Positions 14,458 through 20,000 of a stretch of 20,000 nucleotides of DNA are shown piece by piece. Under the pieces are notes generated by a model. It was not told the origin of the DNA and made no database searches. It saw nothing but the letters and a program-made list of their open reading frames with translations. Where the stretch lies: the IMG/VR virus record IMGVR_UViG_3300031996_000002; one strand, given 5' to 3'. The position numbers and the translations under genes are program-made. This DNA is from an uncultured virus (IMG/VR IMGVR_UViG_3300031996_000002). Taxonomy: Duplodnaviria; Heunggongvirae; Uroviricota; Caudoviricetes. Positions within the stretch are counted from its first letter, which is position 1. The number at the start of each line of letters is the position of its first letter.

Positions 14458-15453
14458 TTACTCGGTCCATTTCAGGTACACCCGGCCGCTGACGGCGTTG
14501 GCGCCGCCCAGGGCGTACAAGTACTTGGGATCGGTATAGGAGGTGGTCCCGGCATACAGCCCGAAGCCCTTGTAGGTGCCGCCCAGGAAGCTGGCCCAGT
14601 AGCCACTGGGGACGGCAAAGGTGTCGGTCTGCCCGCGGGTCAGGGTGCCCACGTAGGCCCCGTTGGAGTCGTTGGCCTGCGGGCTGCCGCTGGGCTGGGC
14701 GGTGGCGGTGTGGGCGGTCAGGTAGACGTTGGCACCCCCGGGGACGCCATGCACAGTGTTGGCCCGGGTGATGGTGATCGAGAAGGCCTCGATGGTCTTG
14801 GCCTTGGCCAGCAGGGCGCTGATCCGGGTGGAGTAGAACCACAGCCCGTGGTAGGCGTCCCCGCCCTGGTAGACGTAGTCGTTGTCGGTGCGCCAGTAGC
14901 CGCTCACGTCGTTCCACGAGGCCGAGTCGGTGGCGTAGACGTAGGCGCTCTTGGTCACCGTGGTGGGGGCCGAGGCGATGGTCGGCACGGTGTACTTCAG
15001 CAGCCGAGGGGTGGAGTAGTTGCCGCTGGTGTCGATGGCAAAGACCGCCCAGTACAGCACCGTGCCGCTGGTCTGGTTGGCATAGCTGGCGCTGACCGTG
15101 GCCGAGGGCCCGGCTGCCACGCTGCCACCGCCCCCAGAGGTCGGCGAGGTCGGGTAGCCGGTGGTGGACCAGCGGAAGGCGATCGAGGCCATGTCGGCAT
15201 CGGCCGGGGCCTTGGCGGTCATGGTCAGCGTGGAGCCGCTCAGCGTGGCGGTCAGCGACAACGGCATGGCCGGGGGCGTGACATCCCGCTCGTACAGCAG
15301 CGTCCAGCTGGCCGCGGCACGCTGGTAGATCTTGGCCACCGGTCGCTGCCCGGAGCCGGACTGCACGCTGATCGCGGTGTCGTTGCGCCACCGGATCGAG
15401 GTCCCCACGTCGGTGGGGGTGGCCACCAGGGTCCACAGCTGGCCGGTGGACAT
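14458..15453 (-). CDS. Minor tail protein-like (331 aa) with an FnIII/Ig-like segment
   Basis: DVTPP...YWAVFAIDTSGNYS (FnIII-like), YQG...GLWFY; rich in T/S/A/G; TGATG overlap. Confidence 0.75.
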   Translation of the reverse strand: MSTGQLWTLVATPTDVGTSIRWRNDTAISVQSGSGQRPVAKIYQRAAASWTLLYERDVTPPAMPLSLTATLSGSTLTMTAKAPADADMASIAFRWSTTGYPTSPTSGGGGSVAAGPSATVSASYANQTSGTVLYWAVFAIDTSGNYSTPRLLKYTVPTIASAPTTVTKSAYVYATDSASWNDVSGYWRTDNDYVYQGGDAYHGLWFYSTRISALLAKAKTIEAFSITITRANTVHGVPGGANVYLTAHTATAQPSGSPQANDSNGAYVGTLTRGQTDTFAVPSGYWASFLGGTYKGFGLYAGTTSYTDPKYLYALGGANAVSGRVYLKWTE

Positions 15454-15791
15454 CAGACGCCGTACTGGATGTAGATGTCACCCACCGCGCCGGTGGAGAT
15501 CGAGGGCAGCGTGGTGCCGGTGGTGATGTTCGGGCTGGGCGGGTAGATCTGCTTCCAGTCCGTGCCGTCGAACAGGTGCAGTTTGTTGGTGTCCTGCAGC
15601 CAGGCCATCATCCCCTCGGTGCGTGAGCCCGCGGGCAGCGTGGTGTCCCGGTCGCTGGCCGAGACGAAGACCATCACCAGCTTGGTCTCCAGCGCCTTGG
15701 CCAGGTTGCGGATGTACTCATCCACCGAGTTGATCAGGCTGTTCTCGTCCGGGTAGGGCAGCTTCTGGATCGGGGTGTTCAAGATGGCCAC
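15453..15791 (-). CDS. Minor tail protein-like (112 aa)
   Basis: GTG at 15791 with AAGGAG and a TAGTG overlap. LPYP..., FVSASDRD...EGMMAWLQDTNKLHLFDGTDW and P...GAVGDIYIQY are tail-fibre-type motifs. Confidence 0.8.
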   Translation of the reverse strand: MAILNTPIQKLPYPDENSLINSVDEYIRNLAKALETKLVMVFVSASDRDTTLPAGSRTEGMMAWLQDTNKLHLFDGTDWKQIYPPSPNITTGTTLPSISTGAVGDIYIQYGV

Positions 15792-16147
15792 TAGAGCACT
15801 CCTTGGATGGTGATCAGGTCCCCGGTGCTGGCACCGGGCAGGGTCGACAAGGTGGTGGTCATCCCGGCCACGAACAGGGCCGGGCTGAGCCCGGTGGCGC
15901 TGCCGGTCTGGATCCACACCCCATGACCGATGGCGCTCAGGGTGTGGCTCAGGGTCCAGTCGCCGCTGGGTGCCGAGCCGATCAGGGTGAAGATGCCGCG
16001 CACCAGAGTCAGTCCCCCGGTGTAGACCGCGCTCAGCTCCCCGGTGCAGTCCACCGGGATGCCGCCACGGGACAGCACGTAGTCCAGCGGCAGCGCCGAG
16101 ACCTGGGCGGGGGCGCGCTGGCTCAGACGCAGTTGACGGTCCAGCAT
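15791..16147 (-). CDS. Hypothetical, probable structural protein (118 aa)
   Basis: ATG at 16147 in TGATG overlap; beta-rich composition; located in the tail-like cluster. Confidence 0.7.
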   Translation of the reverse strand: MLDRQLRLSQRAPAQVSALPLDYVLSRGGIPVDCTGELSAVYTGGLTLVRGIFTLIGSAPSGDWTLSHTLSAIGHGVWIQTGSATGLSPALFVAGMTTTLSTLPGASTGDLITIQGVL

Positions 16148-16851
16148 CAGCCACCCAGATCCGCGAAGGTGGTGGTCGCTGAGAGCGTTCCTGCGGGCCC
16201 GGGAACGGTGCTGGCCGGTCCCTCTGGGCCAGCCGGTCCTGCGGGCCCCACAGGGCCAACTGGGCCCGGTCCCACGGCACACACGGCCAGTCGGGCGTCG
16301 GCCAACGACAGCGCGCTGCCCTGGGTGTGGGTCACCGTGACATCGAGCCAGGCGCTGGTGCCCACCGAGACCAGCACCGTGGCCCCGCCGACCTTCATCG
16401 TCTTGGCCACCGGTGCCTGGCAGCTTCCGGCCACGCTGGTGGTGTTGTACTGCAGGTCGATCTCCCGGTAGCCCACCGCGGTGCCCGAGGGCTGGGCCCA
16501 GGCAGCCCAGCCGGACACGAAGTAGTTGCCCGCGGGCAGCAGCAGCTTGGTCGAGGCGCCGCTGTTGTCGATCGCCCCGCTGATGTGGTCCAGCACGGTG
16601 GACAGGAACTTCAGCTTGGTCGGGGTGTTGTCCGCCACGCTGATCGCCCCACCCAGGGTCAAGATGGTGCCGTAGTCGCCGACCAGGCCCATCGGGCCGG
16701 TGGCTCCGGTGGCGCCGGTGTCGCCCTGGGCACCCTGCGGGCCCATCGGGCCAACCTCGCCCTGAGGTCCCTCGGGGCCGATGCCCTGGATCGCCCCGGT
16801 GCGCACCTCGATGGTGTCCCCGGTGATCAGACGGATGACCTGGTTGCTCAT
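16147..16851 (-). CDS. Collagen-like (Gly-X-Y) minor tail/fibre protein (234 aa)
   Basis: Two G-X-Y tracts (GPEGPQGEVGPMGPQ... and GPVGPVGPAGPAGPEGP) flank a beta-rich domain. Confidence 0.85.
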   Translation of the reverse strand: MSNQVIRLITGDTIEVRTGAIQGIGPEGPQGEVGPMGPQGAQGDTGATGATGPMGLVGDYGTILTLGGAISVADNTPTKLKFLSTVLDHISGAIDNSGASTKLLLPAGNYFVSGWAAWAQPSGTAVGYREIDLQYNTTSVAGSCQAPVAKTMKVGGATVLVSVGTSAWLDVTVTHTQGSALSLADARLAVCAVGPGPVGPVGPAGPAGPEGPASTVPGPAGTLSATTTFADLGG

Positions 16852-17210
16852 AGCGTCTGAGTGACCTTCTGGTTGAGGATGAACCGGCCGCGGATCAACC
16901 GCCGCCGACGGGTGGAGGTGGGGTTCTCCTGGTAGCTGACGAACAGGTCGTACACGTAGGTGTCGGCCTTGATGGTGTCGGTGGTACTGGCCGGGATGAG
17001 CACCTGGATCAGTCCCCCGGCGGGGTTGAAGGTGATCCCGGCGCCGCTGGATACCGCGGTGACCAGCTGCAGGTCGTCCAGGCGGCGAACCTCCATCCGC
17101 ATGGGTTCGAGCAGCTGGTACGGCGTCATGGTGGGGTCGAGCCAGTAGAGCTGGAACCCGAAGTCGGCGCCCTGGTCAGCCTCCAGGTCCACCACTGCGG
17201 CAACACTCAT
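16848..17210 (-). CDS. Tail-associated beta-sandwich protein (120 aa)
   Basis: DLEADQGADF...I...T...YVYDLFV...RLIRGRF pattern is typical of small fibre-attachment proteins preceding collagen-like genes; GGAGG SD. Confidence 0.7.
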   Translation of the reverse strand: MSVAAVVDLEADQGADFGFQLYWLDPTMTPYQLLEPMRMEVRRLDDLQLVTAVSSGAGITFNPAGGLIQVLIPASTTDTIKADTYVYDLFVSYQENPTSTRRRRLIRGRFILNQKVTQTL

Positions 17211-17218
17211 CTGGCCTC

Positions 17219-17689
17219 CTAGCGATCATCTCCATCTTCGATGGCCTCACCAGTCAGGGCGTGCTGGGCGCGCCCGGCCTGCAAGGCAGCCAGGAAGCTG
17301 GCCTGGTCCCCGCCGACGATGAGCACCCGGGCACCCTCGGTCTGCTCCCCGCTGCCCAGCTGGTCCAGCCCCATCAGCTTGGCCCGGTGGGTCATCACCT
17401 TGAGCACGAACTCGGCGCTCTTGACCTCCCCGGACAGGGCGTCGTTCCAGTAGGCGCTCTGCAGCGAGTCCAGCCGGTTGAGCTCAGTGGCGATGGCCAG
17501 CCTGCGCTCGTCGGTGGTCAGTGACTTGGCCGCCTCGACCACGTAGCCGCGGTAGTACTCGATGACCACCGCGGTGGAGGTCTGCATCTGGTCGGCGATC
17601 TCCACGAACGGCACCCCGCCGGTGCGCAGGTGGTAGATCTGGCGAGCCAGCTCCTTCTCAGAGGGCGGCCGCTGCACGTCGGTGGGCAT
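17219..17689 (-). CDS. Probable terminase small subunit (N-terminal HTH; 156 aa)
   Basis: LRTGGVPFVEIADQM HTH, then ELNRLDSLQ..W..A..G......VLKVM..RAKLMGLD helical pattern; start of the late gene region. Confidence 0.65.
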   Translation of the reverse strand: MPTDVQRPPSEKELARQIYHLRTGGVPFVEIADQMQTSTAVVIEYYRGYVVEAAKSLTTDERRLAIATELNRLDSLQSAYWNDALSGEVKSAEFVLKVMTHRAKLMGLDQLGSGEQTEGARVLIVGGDQASFLAALQAGRAQHALTGEAIEDGDDR

Positions 17690-18143
17690 CTCTTCGCTCC
17701 AGCAAGTAGTCGATGATCTCGTCAGTGGTGGCCTGACCCTTGCGAATCATTCTGAAGTACTTCTGGCGCTCCTTGGTGGTGGTGCCTGCCCAGACCCCGT
17801 ACTCCTCGAACCCGTTGATCGACTGGCGCAGGCACAGCTCGAACACCGGGCAGGTGGCGCACTTGGACTTGGCCGCCTTGATGTCACTGGTCGTATAGGG
17901 CGGTCGCTCATTGGGCTCGGGAGAGCCAAAGAACGTGGTGCCCAGATCCCCCAGGCACTTGGCCTTGGCATGCCATTCGGGCCACATCGAGGTGATGCCG
18001 CGATAGGACTTGGGCTCTTCTTCGTCGTGGGTGATTTCCTCAGAGATGGCTACGTGAGCCGGAATCCACCGTGGAGCGGTGGAGGACATTGATGCCGTGG
18101 ATTGCGATGGCTGCGGCATCGACAGCGTCCTGGTTTCCATCAC
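17658..18143 (-). CDS. whiB: WhiB-family Fe-S transcription factor (start uncertain: 18143 or 18089)
   Basis: W...AKC...FF...AK..CATCPV...C...GVWAGTT..ER: four Cys plus the G-V-W-x-G turn. Confidence 0.9.
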   Translation of the reverse strand: MMETRTLSMPQPSQSTASMSSTAPRWIPAHVAISEEITHDEEEPKSYRGITSMWPEWHAKAKCLGDLGTTFFGSPEPNERPPYTTSDIKAAKSKCATCPVFELCLRQSINGFEEYGVWAGTTTKERQKYFRMIRKGQATTDEIIDYLLERRDAHRRAAAAL

Positions 18144-18528
18144 AGGACAAAAAGTACTGTTCGTACTCTAGTCTAAGCCATTCCGACACGCCGCTTTTGT
18201 CCGCGTTTCCGCGTCCGGTGGTGTCCTTCTTCCAGGTGCTCACCGGGACCAGGTAGACCGGCACGTCCAGGGCCAGCACCATCCCCACGGTCTGGGCCAG
18301 CAGGATGGTCGAGCGCAGGTTGCGCACCCCGGCCACCACCGGCTCCTCGCAGAACACGATGGGGTCCGCCTCGGCGCCCAGCAGCTTCTCCAGCTGGTAG
18401 CGCATCCGGGTCAGCTCGTTGCCTCGACCCAGCTTGGGGGTGGTGATGATGTGCACCTGGTGGTGCTCACCGTTGATGCCGAACAGGGCCAGCTTGCGGG
18501 CGGCGGGGTCGACACCCCAGACCGTCAC
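18040..18528 (-). CDS. RuvC-like Holliday junction resolvase (162 aa)
   Basis: GTG at 18528 (GTGA overlap). GVDP, VFCEEP, WKK..TGRGNADK, QDAVDAAAIA catalytic motifs. Confidence 0.88.
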   Translation of the reverse strand: MTVWGVDPAARKLALFGINGEHHQVHIITTPKLGRGNELTRMRYQLEKLLGAEADPIVFCEEPVVAGVRNLRSTILLAQTVGMVLALDVPVYLVPVSTWKKDTTGRGNADKSGVSEWLRLEYEQYFLSCDGNQDAVDAAAIAIHGINVLHRSTVDSGSRSHL

Positions 18529-18830
18529 GACAGCCAGGCTGTGACGTCGTGCACCGGCATCCCCACCCCATTGGCCACCTGGATCTCCAGGGCGGCTCCC
18601 TTGGAGCGCTCCCAGCCCTCGATCAGCGCCACCCCATCGCAGGCCAGCATCATCGTCAGGGTGGCCTTCATGTAGTCCTCCCAGCCCCACCCGCAGGCCG
18701 CGCCCTGGTCATCGAGCCAGCAGGGGTTGGCCACCTCAAAGCCGCGTTCGACCAAGGTGGTGGCGGCCTTGTCGAAGTTCACCTGGTGGTTGTCCACCCC
18801 GGTGATCGGACCGGCGATGTACAGCTTCAC
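18525..18830 (-). CDS. DUF4406 / nucleoside deoxyribosyltransferase-like protein (101 aa)
   Basis: KLYIAGPITG, F..A...L..G..V.NP, W..YM, CD....GWERSKGA.LE motifs. Confidence 0.85.
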   Translation of the reverse strand: MKLYIAGPITGVDNHQVNFDKAATTLVERGFEVANPCWLDDQGAACGWGWEDYMKATLTMMLACDGVALIEGWERSKGAALEIQVANGVGMPVHDVTAWLS

Positions 18831-19237
18831 AGGCGTTCTCCATGGTCGAGGCGTTGAGCCGAGATCAACTGCTCCTGGGTCAGCCGTCTGCTGCCCAGGT
18901 CGAACATCTTGCGGGCCATCTCGATGAAGCTGTTGAGCTGGCCGGTGCGCACCCGGTAGTGCGGGTCGCCCTTCTTGATCGAGCCGTTCTGCTCCCCCTC
19001 GAAGATGAGGATCTCCAGCTCCCGGGCTCGGGCGTAGTATGCCGCGGCCACCTCCATCAGCTGTAGATAGGGGCTGTCCACCGGTGGGTCCACCCTCCCC
19101 AGTAGAACGTCGGTGTACTCCTCGATCTCGCGGTTGATCCGGTCCACCGTGGGCAGCCCGGCAGGCAGCGGCACACTGGTCAGCCGATGTCCGAACTGGA
19201 CGTGGCTGGGGTGTGCTGCGGTGATCCTGATGCTCAT
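18827..19237 (-). CDS. Hypothetical helical protein (136 aa)
   Basis: ATGA and GTGA overlaps at both ends, AAGGAG SD, G/C-ending codons. Confidence 0.8.
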   Translation of the reverse strand: MSIRITAAHPSHVQFGHRLTSVPLPAGLPTVDRINREIEEYTDVLLGRVDPPVDSPYLQLMEVAAAYYARARELEILIFEGEQNGSIKKGDPHYRVRTGQLNSFIEMARKMFDLGSRRLTQEQLISAQRLDHGERL

Positions 19238-19656
19238 GCGGCTCTCCTTGCCCTGCTTCGATCCCTACGGCACGCCTTGCAGTAGCGGTTGGGATGTCCT
19301 CCGGCCTGGATCGAGATGCCGGTGTTCTGAGGGCTGTAGTCGTGCCCCTGTGGGCACTGTGCCACCTGTTGGTGGCGCCACCTGGTGATGCTGCGCTTCA
19401 TGTTCTCCCGATGTGTCACCTGCTCTAGGTGGTCGGGGTTCACACAGGCACGGTTGCGGCATACGTGGTCCAGCTCCATGCCCGGCTGCACCGGGCCCAC
19501 GTGCCACACGTAGCTGAACCGATGGGCAAGCTGAGAGTGCCCAGGGTCGGGGGAGAGCACTGCGTAGCCATCGGGGTTGACGTACGCCGTCCATACCCAG
19601 CAGCCACGCTCATCCAGTTCGATGCGCTCCAGGAGGCGCTCAATCGCTGGTCGCAA
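19234..19656 (-). CDS. Free-standing HNH homing endonuclease with a C-terminal zinc-binding motif (140 aa; alternative start 19710)
   Basis: GCWVW...DGY, AHRFSY...GP, LDHVCRNRACVNPDHLE.VTHREN, CPQGH...RYCKAC. The TTG at 19656 has AGGGAG 8 nt upstream. Confidence 0.88.
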   Translation of the reverse strand: MRPAIERLLERIELDERGCWVWTAYVNPDGYAVLSPDPGHSQLAHRFSYVWHVGPVQPGMELDHVCRNRACVNPDHLEQVTHRENMKRSITRWRHQQVAQCPQGHDYSPQNTGISIQAGGHPNRYCKACRRDRSRARRAA

Positions 19657-20000
19657 TGCGCGCTCTCCCTTCTGGCCATCGAGCACCTTCGCAGATCGAG
19701 CTGTACTCACACCACCTGTACTTGCCCTCCCCGTTGAGGCACTCGGGCAGCATGGGTATCAGCTCTCTTTGTGATGTTGATTCGTTCAACCTTTCAAGCT
19801 CTTCTCGTACCGATTTTATGACTTTTTCATCCCGTGGGACAAGGATCTCTTTGAGTTGTTGATCGTTCTTCGACTCGTACACCGCGTGGAACGCCTCGAT
19901 GTCGGTGGCCAGCATGTACGCGTGCATCTGCAGCACGTGCTCGGGCTTGGCTCCGAAAGTGTTCACCTGGCCGAAGCCGAAGGTGTTGATACTCTTGAGC
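19640..20000 (-). CDS. Cas4-family / PD-(D/E)xK exonuclease, C-terminal part (begins beyond the window)
   Basis: Frame is open to the window edge: LKS...H..QMHAYM...VYESK and a C-terminal Cys cluster C...WCEYSSIC. Confidence 0.75.
   Translation of the reverse strand, partial: LKSINTFGFGQVNTFGAKPEHVLQMHAYMLATDIEAFHAVYESKNDQQLKEILVPRDEKVIKSVREELERLNESTSQRELIPMLPECLNGEGKYRWCEYSSICEGARWPEGRARIATSD
19813..19842 (-). promoter_or_regulatory. Candidate sigma70-type promoter embedded in the exonuclease 3' end
   Basis: TTGTCC-N18-TAAAAT within an abruptly A/T-rich tract upstream of the HNH gene. Confidence 0.4.

Noticed and set aside
16190..16790. Short 9-nt periodic repeats
   Set aside because: Explained by collagen Gly-X-Y coding.
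19640..20000. Cas4-like gene as evidence of a CRISPR-Cas system
   Set aside because: No repeat-spacer array or other cas genes seen; solo Cas4-like nucleases are common in phage recombination modules.
1..20000. tRNA/rRNA genes, integrase, att sites, IS elements
   Set aside because: None recognised; intergenic gaps are mostly too short to hold them. Prophage versus free phage cannot be decided from this window.

Overview
High-GC tailed actinobacteriophage (or prophage) DNA with tightly packed, translationally coupled genes almost all on the minus strand. In transcription order (right to left): Cas4-like exonuclease (partial), HNH endonuclease, hypothetical, DUF4406-like protein, RuvC-like resolvase, WhiB, probable terminase small subunit, five tail-like genes, a 31-aa membrane peptide, intein-containing terminase large subunit, a small regulatory island (HTH, RHH with its own promoter and operator, HicA-like toxin, terminator), portal, a beta-rich protein, small HNH, papain-like protease, secreted DUF1996 protein, membrane protein, HExxH protein, amidase endolysin, holin, second membrane protein, a small conserved protein and a >851-aa probable head-associated protein that runs off the window. 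The standout feature is the terminase intein. It has no in-frame homing endonuclease. Instead a complete 150-aa HNH endonuclease gene lies on the opposite strand inside it, codon-for-codon in register and with a candidate leaderless promoter of its own. All family calls come from motif recognition by eye; no searches were run.
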